The notes below the pieces were generated by a model, which was given only the letters and a program-made list of their open reading frames with translations, was not told the DNA's origin and did not search any database. DNA of 64,000 nucleotides, taken from Perkinsus olseni. Taxonomy: Eukaryota. Made by a program: the position numbers and the translations under genes. Positions 44,921 to 58,350 of the stretch are shown piece after piece (the first letter of the stretch is position 1; the number at the start of each line of letters is the position of its first letter). Where the stretch lies: positions 1 to 64,000 of the forward strand of contig JABANN010000077.1 in the NCBI GenBank assembly GCA_013115125.1, written 5' to 3'.

Positions 44921-47900
44921 TCATCGGCAATACTCGTAAACGTTCCCTGCCTTCTTCAGAAGCAATCCGTTGTAGTTAGCTTCGCTGATGAGCCCCTCAC
45001 ATTCCACGTCCCCATCACAACCGGCCTGAGACACGTTGAAGAGAGGGCGATGAGGGAGGCAAACCTCAAACGCTCGCAAGGCACTTGCCTGCCTCGCAAG
45101 ACCTTTCAGCTCATCCTCTGAGAGGCTTCTCCTCCGCTCGAACTCACGCTGGCAGAGCAACAGGAACTCCTTCCGCCGCCCTGCCTTTCCTCGACCTCGG
45201 CGGCGTGCTCGGGGCGGCGGCGGTGGCGGTGGCGCTCCAGTTCCCTGGCATTTACTGGTGCAGGCAATCTGGGGAATATCTTCTTCTCTCCGATCTCGCG
45301 GTGTGCGCCAAAAATCAGGACATCGCGCGTACATGTTTCCATCCGAAGGGCAACACCAGTTCGTTGCTCACAAAATCTATCCCGCAGATTCCGTTAGATG
45401 TTCGCGGTTCCGGATGAATCTCATAAGACATGCGATCCCTTCCGGGCTCACATCTGCCGACTCCAGTTCGACCCCATCCTCGCTCGGGTTTCTCCCCGTC
45501 AATGCGTCTTGTCTGATCATGGCGTTCCCCATATAAATCTACAACGCACAGAGCCCCCTAAATGAGAGTCTGGACCACTACGCAAAGCGCTGTCCACACC
45601 AAGCTGCAGCGGCTCAAGGAGTTCGGCTAAGCTCACATCCAGTGCTTCCTTCACGTGCTCAACCTCGATCATCTCGCTCAGCTCCACACGACAACACGCA
45701 CGGCACAAACGCACGAGCGCCGACCTCCGCAATGCTGAGGTCAGGGGCGGAGTCACCTCGGCCATGTGATTGTTCTGGGAGGCTGAAATACAGGACACTT
45801 CTGCGGATTGCATCCTGCGGTTGATGACCTTCGTCGAGTCGCCCTAGCATCTCGTTAAGATACCGCTCTCCTTCCTTGCTCAGCTCGATTGGACCGTTAC
45901 TGCTCCTTACGTATCTGGAAACAGCCGGCGAAGCTTTTCCCTTCCGGTCATTCGCAGCCGACGGGTTTCTTCTCTCACTGTATATAGTCGATTGCGACGC
46001 GACGATCGATCCTAGACGTTTCTGCCGTTGAACAGGTAGCGAGGCTCGGCGGCGAGAAAACTAGGTCGAATGCCGCAGCCACTTTCTGAGCGACCATGGA
46101 CATCCTATATGCCTTAAGACACATACAAGGCTACGAGGAGCTGTTTCGTCAAGTGACGGCAGCCGCAAAACCTACGATACTAGTGGCTCCGATAGGGGTT
46201 CCTTACGGCAGATAGCCCCATGTTCTCGGCCAGCGTGCGGCTTCCATCGTAGCGCCCATACTTGACACTCGCAGTGGCGATCACAGAGCAAGTGACCTCC
46301 GCTTCTACCTTAACCCCTGGGAAGGAGGGTATCGTCATTCGTTACTGTACTCTACATGAGCGTGTTGCTCGCCTCATTTCCAACGAGCCCCCACCAAGGA
46401 ATTGATCAGCGACAGCTTGCCCACCCTTCGTGCAGGTTTGTGTATTATCCCGCACAATCCCACTGAGCTGAGCTCGAGCAAGCTTCTCGATGCTCTCTAA
46501 GAGGCAGATGCCGGTTTCGTTACGAAGTGCCTGATCCAGTCTCATGGATCGACCTCAACCATAACGCCGAGTAGTCCTGCCCCGTGCTCTCTCCCTGCTC
46601 ATACCAGCTCCCCAGCGTCGATCCAGCGATCATCATTGCTGAAGCTAGGAAGTAGGCGGAGCGAAGAGCAGCTCTGGATGGGCGAGGCGGTAGGTAGGAT
46701 GGCAGTAACACCCTAATAAGAGTAACGGTACGACAGCCGAGCCAAGGAACTCGGGCTGTCGAGAATGCAATCTGTTCGTTGCGACATGCTTGCTGGACTC
46801 AAGGTGAAGCCCGCTGGATAGTTCACTTGGTGCGGGAACGTACTTCAACTATTTCCGTCCAAATCGAGGTGTTGTCTGGCTCCTGCAGAAGCAGGATGCG
46901 GATATGCTCCCTCATGCCAGGGTTGTTGCTCGAGCCTAATGGTCAGTACACAGGTCTGCTGAGTGATGGCGGCCCGATCTCTGGGTGATCGAGAACCAGA
47001 CGAGCGCCGTGTCCAGAGGGCTGTTAGCGACAGAGCCGTTATATGACCATGATGAATCTACTCACTCATAATTGCTAGGATTATGGCTTTGATGATCTTG
47101 TGGATGTGTGCACTGTGAAGGGAAGGGAAGATAGACTTGGCCAGCACGTCTAGCACTCCGCCTGCGCAGAAAGGAGGCAACGCAGATGGTAACCACACGA
47201 GAACGAGGGAGGTGCAGCTGTCTATCCCTCGGCGGAGCGGAATGTTTGAGTGGTTGAAATTCTATCATCACTACTGGAGGTCAAGCAGAAGTCTCAGGGC
47301 GGCACATCCCATTCTCACCTCTGAACTTTCTCTTGATACTGGTGACCGCCTGAGAGTTGGGAAAGAGATGGTCCGAGCGAGTAATACGGAGGAAATGAGG
47401 CAGGAGCAGTAGGCTCACTCGTGTTGGCCCAACAGTGGCCGATGTAGCTGCAAGAACCTTCTTCAAGAACACGTCACGCAGGCTCGGACAGAAACACTTG
47501 ACACCGTAATGCAAGAGTGGAACGGGCTCGAAGGGCCACACGTATGCTGCCTGAACAAAACCTTGCTGTTCGACGCTGAGTGCTAGATGAGCCTCCAACA
47601 GACACCAACAGCTGAGTGCCTCGCTCACTGAGCAGGGTGAGCAGCTGACGGGTGACTCTCTAGCCAGAGTCCGGCGCAGACTCAAAGCTGACCTTGAGGA
47701 ACAGCCTGAATACTGTTCGAGGTCCTTGCTTCCCCGCAAGCTCACCCAGCGGCACTGGCTCTCTGTCGACCGCACCGACCACTCGTAAGCGTTTACCTAC
47801 GTTCGGTTCTCACAATGGAGCGGTCAACGAGAATGTTGGACTGTCTAAGGAGACAAGGCAGTCCCATGGAGACGTCATCCCTGTAGATCTACCAAGCTTG

Positions 47901-48864
47901 AAGCCGCGTCGGGCCTCATGAAGTCCAACTTCTCCGCTCACTTCAACGATTAAATCAGTATCTCCCCTCTTCTCCCCATGGACCCTCAGTTGAAGTCTCG
48001 AGCATACTCGTTCATTGTACTGTCGGTTCTCGCCACTCTGTCGCTTCCGAGCTCCGCAGTTCTCGCATGAGCCATCAGAGACTCCACAAGATGGCATGAA
48101 GTTGCACTGTGAGCACGGCGACGGCGATATCTCCAGAGTAACGTCGGGCCGCGGCCACATCCTCGCCACTAGGCCTTCGAGGCAAAGGAGAGCCCCCATC
48201 TCGATAGTTCGCGTCGAGCATGCCGTTAAGAGTTCCGGAAGGTTATACAGTCTTGGGCGTATCTTACGGGCAGGCCCGAGAGACTCGAAGTGGATGCAGT
48301 GAAGCACGAAGCCGAATGCCTCCTCCAAGGCCTCTAGCGTAACAGCTCGTGTCCGGAGGGCCTCCACGGAGCCCCTTGGGGCCTTGAGGTAGCAAATGGC
48401 GTGGATGAGCAATCTCGTCAGCTGCTCGTTGAAGAATTCGGCCGTACGTGCTACGCTGGCGACCTCGATCAACCAAGCGGGTTGTACTCCCGACATACGA
48501 CTGCTAGTGAGGTTATACAACTTGACGAGATTGGCATTCTCGCATTCGGGGATGTCCGAGAAGAGGGTCGCCATTCGAAACGGAATCAAGATACGACTGA
48601 TTCGAAGAGAGATACTGCACGTCTTCCTTAGATACTAGAGTGCGGCCCCTGCCAGCTAATTAACTCTTCGATGCATCGCTTGAGAGAAGAGTCAATCAGC
48701 TACTCGGTACCCTCCTGTGGTGACACGGAGGGTCCTCCTTGAATCTTGCCAACCGTTTCGCCAGGGACACTGGGACACTGTCGGTAGGGATCTGCGGGTG
48801 CGACGATGAGAGAGGGCAGAGTGCTGATACATGCGGATGGGCCTGAGGTCGGCGAAGAGCTCAT
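44921..48864 (-). CDS. Divergent MCM8-like protein with degenerate ATPase motifs, spliced (start approximate)
   Basis: Zn finger CSQC..CENC in an OB-fold-like exon; SVIATASVKYGRYDGSRTLAENMGLS; lid-like SALVRLCRACCRVELSEMIEVEHVKEALD; C-terminus LISEANYNGLLLKKAGNVYEY resembling the MCM8 winged helix. Confidence 0.7.
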
Positions 48865-49154
48865 TCAAGCGGTGGGGGGGGCTGAGAGGTCATTGCGTGC
48901 AGCTTTCGGGAATGGAGACGGAGGATGTCTCAGTCCTCAACGCGGAGAATCGGCATGAGACCAGAGGCAGATTACCGTGGTCGCCTTGCCTATTCTTTTC
49001 GCCACTAGGATGCCCCGTGCTTCGTCCGTCAGTTAATCCATCAGCAACTCGGGTGAACCAGTCGTGGGCGATCGCGATGGCGCACTGGTATAAGCTATGC
49101 ACGCATGCACAAATATGTACTTGACGGCCCTCGCCTTGGGCTAGTTCTCACCCT

Positions 49155-49243
49155 AGGTAATGTACCGGTCTCTGCACTGGTAATGTGTAGGTAGTGTACG
49201 CCGTACATTGTGAAAGGTACATTACCTGTACACTGTACGCCGT
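49155..49243. promoter_or_regulatory. Cluster of TGTAC-type motifs with a perfect 12-bp inverted repeat in a divergent intergenic region
   Basis: AGGTAATGTACC (49155-49166) / GGTACATTACCT (49216-49227); TGTACGCCGT twice. Function inferred from position only. Confidence 0.4.
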
Positions 49244-49465
49244 GGGACTTTGATTGCTTTGGGTTTTCCTCAGGAAACTTTCCTGTCGTGCCGGCGGGAT
49301 GATTCTCGTGAATGTGGTTGTTCGCCCTTGGCATTCTCGACGGACTTTCTACTCTGAACCTTCCCGAGAATAATATTATCGTTAATCAGGACTTTTGATC
49401 CACATCTCCTGAGACAATCGGTAAGCTGACCTGCCTCAGGCTTTGTTATTTCAAAAGCCTGCAGC

Positions 49466-49741
49466 ATGCTTCTCTCACGTGTTGTAGTAGTCCTCCTTCT
49501 CGCCGTGGCGATGATCACCGATTTTTATGAAGTGGAGGCCGCCGAGGTGAATTCTGTTCATGTGGGTTTCGAGAAATTCTTAGACTCTTTGAAGTCGAAG
49601 AAGGGTATTACGAGGAATGATGCTGCTAGTAAGTACTTCAACCCGCGTGCCGTGCACGCTCATCACCGCTTGAGGAGATCCCCATCATTCTCAGGTCGAG
49701 AACGGGTCCTACGCGCCCTCGAGAGTCACGTGGCTGCCTGA
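49466..49741 (+). CDS. Small putative secreted protein
   Basis: ATG just after a CAG; signal-peptide-like MLLSRVVVVLLLAVAMITD; probable intron near 49629-49694. Confidence 0.45.
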   Translation: MLLSRVVVVLLLAVAMITDFYEVEAAEVNSVHVGFEKFLDSLKSKKGITRNDAASKYFNPRAVHAHHRLRRSPSFSGRERVLRALESHVAA

Positions 49742-50683
49742 TTGTTGAAGATCTGTATTTCCGCGACATCAGAGTCTTCTGGATTTAGAGCAGCGTAACG
49801 CTCTGCCGCTCTGATTTTGCTTCCGACGTGTAGTATGTTCATCTAGTTATAACGTTATCACAGCCTTCTGTTGTCCTGATCATTTCATCGATGTATCGTG
49901 GAGCGACTGTGCAATGCAGCCTGTGTGGATCAACCGATTGGTATTCAAGAGAGTTTTTCTGCTAGAGGACCTTCTGAAGAAGGCGTTGCGATTTGGTTTT
50001 CACCGTGGTTTATCTTTTCCTGATGTCGAAAAGTCCCCTGTCAGTCATTGATCAGAGTCGCAAGGTGAGAGGCGACTCCAGTCAGCCCTGTGGATTATTC
50101 ATCGATCTAGAGTCGGCCATTCATTGTAGCTCTGGCTGTCACAAGAAGCCAAGGGACTCTTGGCAAGCGTGGCATGCGCTAAGCGTAATCCACTAAGAGT
50201 GTTCGCATCAAACTTTTCTGTCTTCTCATCAGAAGCATGGGGATGAGCGTGGATCGAACATCCCTCACCAGTTTACGGGAGTTTTCATTTTCATTAATCT
50301 CTAATGTGTTTTGTTCTCGAGTGAGGCTGCTTGTCGTAATGGCGTTGTAAGCTCAAGGGTAGGAGTGACGCTATGTGTCTCCACAGCGTGATGGTTCTCC
50401 CCGTCAGTCGAGCCTTTCGGCACATGGTAGAGATACCAATGCGATTCGGTAGCCCGGATCGTACAGTAGCATGACTCAGGTTGAATGGTATAATACGTTT
50501 TGGAAATTTGGAAGTCTTCAGCCGGGCTCCATGAGTCCTGGGTTCATTCACCCGCCCAGTGGTTATTCTTCAGTGCTCACAGCAATGGCACATGCGAAAC
50601 GTTCAACGACGGACTCGGCAGGTCGGGACCCGACTTCACGGTCCCAGCGCTCCACTTGCCGTGGTGAATCTTTCTCCGATGCT

Positions 50684-52544
50684 ATGTTAGCGAACGCTGT
50701 CGGAACCGTCGCATTCCTGTCAGCTAAGCCAATAAACGTCGATGCCCAGAGGGTTCTCGCCATCATGGATGACCTCAAGGGGAAGGCGACGTTCTTAACT
50801 CTGCAGACGCACCAGGTATAGCGGTGGTTCATGACCGGCGATGTCATCGGATCGTCCCTTGCGATGATCCAGGTCCTGGATGGCCTTCAAGGGGAGGGAG
50901 GGGGTGGAGCCACTGAACTCCTTGGACTAGAATTTGTTAGGAAATTTGCCGAGCAGGTGACGAGCGCCCAGGGTTGGGCGGCTTCTTTAAGTGATCCGAG
51001 TATGTTCAGATTAGACTGGAAGATCTGTACGTGATGCTGAACACCAATAGTGATGGTAGCAAGACTTCCATTTAGGCCGCTGCGAGCAGCCAGAGGATCG
51101 GAAATGCCGCCAGCCAGGCCTATCCTGCACCCAGGCACGTTCGCGATCCAAGAAGACAATGACGATGTCCGAGAAGCCACGGAGAGGCTAAGGAGGAGCA
51201 CATCAGAGCTATGCCGGTTGGTGCATTTTCCCCGTTGCGCTCTTGAATGTCGGTGACCTGATGTTAGTCAAATGAAGACAATCCCAACTGTCATCGGGGA
51301 ACTGCGCCGCTTCCAGGATTCATCTCAGAGATCTATGGGCCTTTTGCAGCTTCTACGAACCCTGGCTGAAATGCAAGTGATACCTGTTGCTCTGTTGTTG
51401 TGGTGTCACCATTTGCACCGTCGTGTCACCTCTCAGGACGTGGTATTGAAACGGATGACAACGACGGTCGAGGAGGAACGATCCAGACAGGAGCTGATCG
51501 CACATTACCTCCTCCGAGAAAAGCTCGCAGTTCGACGCAAGGCTGAGCTGAAGAATCGACTGAGTCAAGTGAGATCACTGCTGGTAGCATTGCTAGCATC
51601 TGCCTCGCCACTAGGTAAGGCTCGAGAGGGAAAAGGCCCATGCGACACGCACAGAGACTTTGACTAAGCTGAAGGCTGATCTCCTCGACGTCCGAGAGTC
51701 TACCCAGCTCAAGTTGAAGCAGCTCGGTGGCCTATCGCCAGATGAAATACCGCTCAGTTCCATCGGTGCCAGGTCAGAGATATGGGAGCCGAATGCAGAC
51801 ACTGATCGACGAGTGGGAGGTTCGGGAGGCAGGCCTTAAGAAGGACTTGAACTCAACCAAGAAAGCTTACATGGTCGAGCCGAGACGTCGCATTTTTGCC
51901 TTGGATACTCTGTGCTAGGGACTACGAAACTCTAACAGAGACCAAGAAGAAGCTCTTCGGAAGCAAAAGCTCCGGCGGGAAACCGATCTCGATAATGTTA
52001 TCAAGAACTTCGATTCGCGGGTAGTCCGGCGAAAGCACTATCGGTATTCCGGGATAATGATGCCGCTGGTGTGGTATCCTGTCAGATGGCCGAACTCAAC
52101 TTACAACGCCGCAGTCTTAATGACGACATCTCCAAGGAAGAGGAGATACTGCGACGTTTGAGGGACCACTTCGACCTGGTAAGACAGAGGCCCGCCGCTG
52201 GCCCTCTTTCGTATTTATCTCTTTGCCGCGAGCAATCAAGGAGAAGAATTGATGGGTGCATTCCTGACTCGTCAGAGGCTGAGCATTTGCACGTCAGATC
52301 GATGCGGAGAACAGTCGCATCGAAGCCGAGAATATCGTGGATGAGGCCAGACGGAGGCGGCTCCGTGCTGAAGGCAACCGCCTGGACGATGCCGCCTCTA
52401 CAGTGCAGTGCTACTGGAAGGGGATATTGCAGAGGGAAGATTATCACAAGCTACGGAAGGCTATGAAAAAGAAAGTAAGTTCAGTCGTCAGCGGAGGCTG
52501 GCGTATTGAACTTTCAGGGCAAGAAGGGCGGTAAGAAAAAGTAA
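50684..52544 (+). CDS. DRC10: Dynein regulatory complex subunit 10 (IQCD), spliced (start approximate)
   Basis: DAQRVLAIMDDL, RMTTTVEEERSR, EEALRKQKLRRETDLDNVIKNFD, LRRLRDHF, IQ-like AASTVQCYWKGILQR, Lys-rich tail GKKGGKKK*. Confidence 0.8.
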
Positions 52545-53881
52545 AGGCGTGTCGATCATGACTAGGGTGTTCATGGTGAAGAAATTTTGTTGAGTTGCAA
52601 CACTCGGTGAAGGTCGAGCTCGGAGACGAGTTCCGAGAAGCCACGAATCCTGGTTCTAGCCGCATTGCGACATAATAGATCTACGAGAGACAGAAGGGTG
52701 GCCCCTTCGCTTCATGTGAAAGGCAGATGTACGCGCGGACGCGGCCCTCCATGATGCTAGGAATGTCATACACGATGCCATACTTGTACCACCGTAGCAT
52801 CCCCCGATCGGGCCTGCCCACGCGGTAAGCGATTCACAGAGCACACTGGAATGCTCCGAGGGCGTTTGGTCACTGAGGCCATAATGAAACGATGCAGTCT
52901 CCGCAAGGAAGCTTCCATTCCACGGGACGGGCGGTTCCCACGGAGAAAATAGAGAACGGGAATCCAGCCTTTGCCTAAAGCGAACACGCTGATGGACAGC
53001 GGTGGTACTTTAAAGCGATGACGATGGATATGCGTGGATGCGCAGTTAAAATGTCACTCCGCGGCGCTTGGGTCGGTGATGAATCTGTTGCGTTCATCTT
53101 ATACAAGGGCCAGGGATCTGGTGCGAGACTACTAGGAGAGTGCGTCAGTTGAGGTGATTCCTTGGGGAATACCATTTAGAGTGACTGTGCGAGCATGGGT
53201 ACTTGTATGGCCTCGCCTCAGCTCTGCTGGCTAGTTGGATGCACTCGAGCCCCTTGAGCCAAGGGCCTCTTTCGCGGCGTCTTCCCCCCAGCAGTGACCT
53301 CTAGCTAGTGGAATGATCCACGCTAACTTTTATAGTAGGAACACAAATCACTCTCAGAATTGCTGTGATGGACAGATGGATTGCTGCGTGAGCAACGAAA
53401 GATATCTCGTCTCATTGGGCATGCATTTCCCGTAGACGTCACTAGCTGCATTCAACTGACGAAAATCATGAACCCCCCTTATCAAGATTCTGCACAGTAA
53501 CGCCCTTGCGCGAACGAGTACGCTCGGCAACCGGAGCAGCTTCGGGGATGCCTTTACGCTCGCGGTTCCAGCTTGGGCGTTTCCTAGGTGGAGACTGACC
53601 CTCGGGGATGAATACCTGAATTTCAGTTCACACGCGCCGAAGCCGCAATCCCCACCGAACCAGCAGTGGTCGCTTTCTTCGGACGACCGCTTCTATATCG
53701 TTTCTGAAGAGGCATGCAATAGCATGTGATCTACCCCCTCTCTGCAAGAGCTACCGTGACAGGCTGATGCTCTCCCTCCATGATTACAGTTTTACTTCGA
53801 ACCTTCTCCAGACCTGCACAGCAATCAAGTAGAGCAACACACACTTGGGCCTTTACTACAATCGTTGCTGGTGTGTAGTTC

Positions 53882-55120
53882 GCTAGCATCTTCCAAGACG
53901 ATCACGGACTGGCTGATGGGCGGCTTGCCCATCACCGCTGAGACTTCAGAGTCGTACACTGAAGGGCCAATAGGCGAGGGTTGCACCGTTCAGATGCCCC
54001 ACCGATGGATTCGCTAGTCGCCTCTGGATCAGGTTGAGTGGAGCATGCTGAACGATTATGGCTGCCACTACGCAGTGCTTGCAGCTCCTTCAGCAGGACC
54101 TTCACTTGCGTCTCTGCCAAGACAAAACAATTGAGAGAACTCAGGGGTGGACACACAACTGCCTTCTGGATGAATATAGTACAGAGCAATTCCTCAGTGA
54201 GAAAGGGCACAACTCGTGACTACCAGCGTCGGCGAGTTTTCTCCTCAAGGCCTCATTCTGGGACTTTAGATCTGCCGATCTCTTGTCGACTGAAGACTTC
54301 TTGCTCGTCAAAGAACTCGTCTGCTGCGTGGCCTGCGTGAAATAGCCTAGCCGACAAGTTCGGTGAACTCGATCACGTCGTATGCATTCGCTCTTGCAAT
54401 ACGCCGAAATCACGCTAGGAGGACTCCAGGGGAAACTCACTCGATCGAGCCGCTCCTCGAAGTTCTTCTTCTGCTGCTCCAGTTGCCTCTGGCCATCCTC
54501 CAGCATCTTCTCATACTGGCGATCGGGAATCGCAAGAAAACCGAAGCAACGCGGCGACTACCTTTGCGATGCAATTCTCCTTCTCCTGCTTAGCCTTCGA
54601 TAGTCGAGCCTGATACGACAAACATCTAATGCGGTTGAGACGATAGCAGCAGCACAGGCCACTTTGAGAGACTTCTTGGCCAACTCCCCCTCCCTTTCAA
54701 CTGTCCGCAGTTGCCGCATCAGTTCTGCCATCTCACAGCGGTGCTCCTTCTCTTCTTTCTCATTCTAAGATCATTCACGCAACTGCAGGACACCGAGAGC
54801 AGTACGCCATCATCGGCCCCAGGGCTCAACAAAATGATGCCAGGCAGTTAGCTATTCACCTGTCGATTGCATGCCTCCTCCGACTTGGCCGCTGCCCTGA
54901 CAAGCTGCTCAGGTGGCTGAGGAATATCCTCCAGCAGGGGTTTCAGAATGGCCAGCCTGAGATGGTTGTCCCGCAGAGGCAACTCGCAACCCGGCAACTT
55001 CTGCTGAGTCGCACACACACGCCCATGGGGGCACCTCCGGCGACCACGCGTCTACTCGACCGGCGTTTGTCCTACTTTTTGGCGAAGGATCCTCGGAGAC
55101 CCCTCTCTGTACGCTGCTGG
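53882..55120 (-). CDS. Hypothetical coiled-coil protein, spliced; ends uncertain
   Basis: Successive short exons (EMAELMRQLRTVEREGELAKK, EKMLEDGQRQLEQQKKNFEERL, DLKSQNEALRRKLAD, VKVLLKELQAL). Confidence 0.45.
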
Positions 55121-55764
55121 ATTCCAGCTGTTGTGTAGAAACACGCCAATGACATCATCACCGCTGACAGGGGACGATCACGTTCGTTTACAAAGACTTC
55201 GGACGAGCGTGAATGTCCTGCCTACACTCGGCGAGGCGTGTGGTCGTCGTGTTACTTCCCATTACTGCATTGGCGGGCGCCATACTGATAGAGACAACTT
55301 CATAGATGAGAATCAATGCTCCAACAACCCCCCCCCCCTCTTATGGGAATACGATAACTCCAGCATTAACGGTAACAACCATAAAACCGCAATAGTACCA
55401 TGCGTATGCTATGTTAGTAACGTATATGGAAACGTACGGTATGCAACGTAAATACGTCACGTGTCAGCGCTCGCCCAGCCAAGTGAAACGGCTACGGTGG
55501 AGTCAGTGGCACTGACCCTTCGTCGACACACAACTCCCCCTACTATTGACAGGAGCAACACGAGACGTGGAAGAGTCACGAACGTAGTAGCTGCTTGCTG
55601 GGCACTCGACACTTCACCTACTGCCCATAGTCGCCTCTCGGCGATGATGGTGGGGAACCGATCTCGACAGGCTCGACCTCCTCGCTGGTATGTTCACTTT
55701 GGGGCTGACTCACCACACCCTCGACCTGGCTATGAAACACTAACTACTTTCGCTCAGACTCATC

Positions 55765-58229
55765 CTAACGTACCAGGTCATCATCCGCCTGCTCTTGCGG
55801 CAACTCCTCTGGGGTCTTCTCTTCGTCTACCGATATTCGAGCGCGCTTTGACGGTTGACCTTCTTCACCTAGTAGATCGATTTCCATACCACACTTCCCG
55901 ATAATCATAGTACTTCTCTCCACGGGCCCCTCAGCCACACTTTCCCTCCTTTCCTCCGCCTCTCCTCGGCTCGGCTGATTGGATGCGAGCTGAATCCAAT
56001 GTCTTCACGAGTACATCCCTCTCACAGCCCTACCATTTTCGCCACAAGGCTGCGTACTCCGCCTCGCTGTGAGATGCCTCCTCCTGCCTACAAAAGAGGA
56101 CGTTGATCTGTTGCAACCAGCCAGGGAGACTTACACTCCGCCTGTCCTCAGCCAAACGTATGAGCTCACAAACAGCCAGCATCGCCCCGTGTACAGCCGA
56201 TAGATGACCAGATATTAGTACATTACGACGACCATCCTGAAGGCAGCCAGTGAAACAGCAACGGCGAGGTCACCCCTACCCCTCGATCCTTGACAACCAC
56301 ATTGGCACCGCTAGAGTCCTTCAACTCCCGAATCTGAGTCAACAGCGAATCACCACCAATCTAGTAGCAGTGGATTCCGGACCTACCATTGTCCCTTGGC
56401 CTCCAATGATGAGAGCTGCTGCATGACCCGGCACGTCAGGGATGACTATTGTACTTTGTAGGGGCATCATCTACGGGACAGAGAAGGTCACGAACAGAGA
56501 GGCAGGCAATGACTTACGCTTGCATTATCCTTCACCACCTTGGCTGCTACTGCCAGCCCTTGGCCGACAGGTTTGTTCGACCGGAATTTCATATGTTCCC
56601 GAATGGTACCTGATACACAGCCTCTGGAAGGTAGCTCTCCCGGGGAGAGTCTCCCCGACAAGGTCAGCAAGCCCACGCTCGAACCAGACTGGTTCAACCA
56701 GTACACTCATGTCCCGTACTACGCTCTTCTTCCGAAGTCTCCCACTGCGACGTCCTCCCATGACGTGCGGATGATTCGGTACGACGACTACTGCTGCCTC
56801 GCTGGTGAGCCGCCGGCGACTCCCGATGACTGTATTCCTCAGACCACGTGTCCCATGGGTTGCCCCCTCCCCGACGTGACCAGCTGTCGTATGAGCTCTC
56901 GGGCTTGTTCCAATTCCAGGACGATGATGGGCTATGGGCAGCCGAGTATGACGAGGAAGAGTATCCTTGGTTGCTGACGAAACGCAGGTGGAAACATCAA
57001 AGAATCTTAACATCGTCAGCCCACTATGATGCAGAGCGCCCTCCTCCATAGCCGCCCTTAGACGGTGGCGGGGTTCCTCGCGATGGCTCTCCTCTCCGAT
57101 ACGGAGCCTCCCGCTGCCCTGAGGCCTCATAGTTAACACGCTGATTGTAGCTGAACGGTCCGCTGTCTGAGTGAGGAAGACGTAGTGAGGCACCCCCGTG
57201 GTAGAGTGCTACCGTAGTGAGCGTGGACCATGGCGTGCACGGCCTCCATCGCCGCCCCCGATACTTTTTCGTGCTTACCCAGTCGGGAATCTAAGAAATT
57301 CAGGGAGCTTGCAGAGCATCTTTGTCGCTGACCACGGAGTATTACTAAGAGGCATTCGCTCCTTCCAAAGGGCGCATTTGGCAACACTCTCATCAGTAGC
57401 GAAAGCACAGCGGTACTCTTGATCAGTGAACACCTGAAACATCTTCACTGCGCCACGAAATACTTTACATCCTCGCTGGCGGTGGTGATGGCCGCTGCTC
57501 ACCTCAATCTTCGTATCAAAGCGATCATTGATGTCGCGTACTCTAGTTCCCTTAGTCCCTATTATAGCCGGAACGCACCGCCGGGGCACCACAAACTGAG
57601 GAGCAGCAACCACAACGACGCCATCCGAGTATAGCCGGGCAATAATGGTGATAATAATATCAGCAGCAGCTTGTCGCAATAATCTTGCTCTAGCATTCGC
57701 ATTCTCATCACCATCCGCCAGTCGCCCCCTCGGTCGCTCAAGCCACTACGTAAATCTGCGGGTCGTTTGGATCCTCAGTCATCTCCACTATCTGCGTGAG
57801 TCCTCGCAGTACGTCACGATATCGCCCGATCAGCCGAACAGCTCCTGTAACAGGCGAGCACTCAATCCCTTGCATAATAATCGACTCCGCCCGAACACTA
57901 TCGCCCGGAATCGATCCCACGGCCTTTCGCTTACGCTCTTGCTTCTGACTGCCAGGAAAGAAGTTCCCGCTGGCTGCAGATACGATCTTTATTCGGTTAT
58001 GACTCTCCAATCTGTCGACTGTTTCCCCCTTATAACCAATAATTTTCCTGGTCTCCGCGTCGGGAACTAGAATCTTAATCTCGTAAACATCAGGATCTCC
58101 TTCACCGGGCAGGCCTCGCCCTCCTGGCCCAGACGGAATGGAATCTCTCCGGCCTGACGGAGGAGGGCCCATGCGCTCATTACTGCGGGCCCAACTCGAC
58201 GCCGACCTGTCGCCGCGGTAGAAGGTCAT
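55765..58229 (-). CDS. Triple-KH-domain RNA-binding protein (Nova/PCBP-like), spliced; 3' end approximate
   Basis: IKILVP..KIIGYKGETV, FVVP..AIIGTKGTRV, VPGHAAALIIGGQGT: three GxxG loops. Confidence 0.8.
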
Positions 58230-58350
58230 TCGAAAGGCTGCCCTCAACAATGACTCAGCTCGACGGACAGCCACTAGCAACGCAGAGCGGGAGGGAGGGA
58301 GCAATAATGAAGGGTGCAAAACGACGACACCTGCAGGTCCACAGTCCTCC

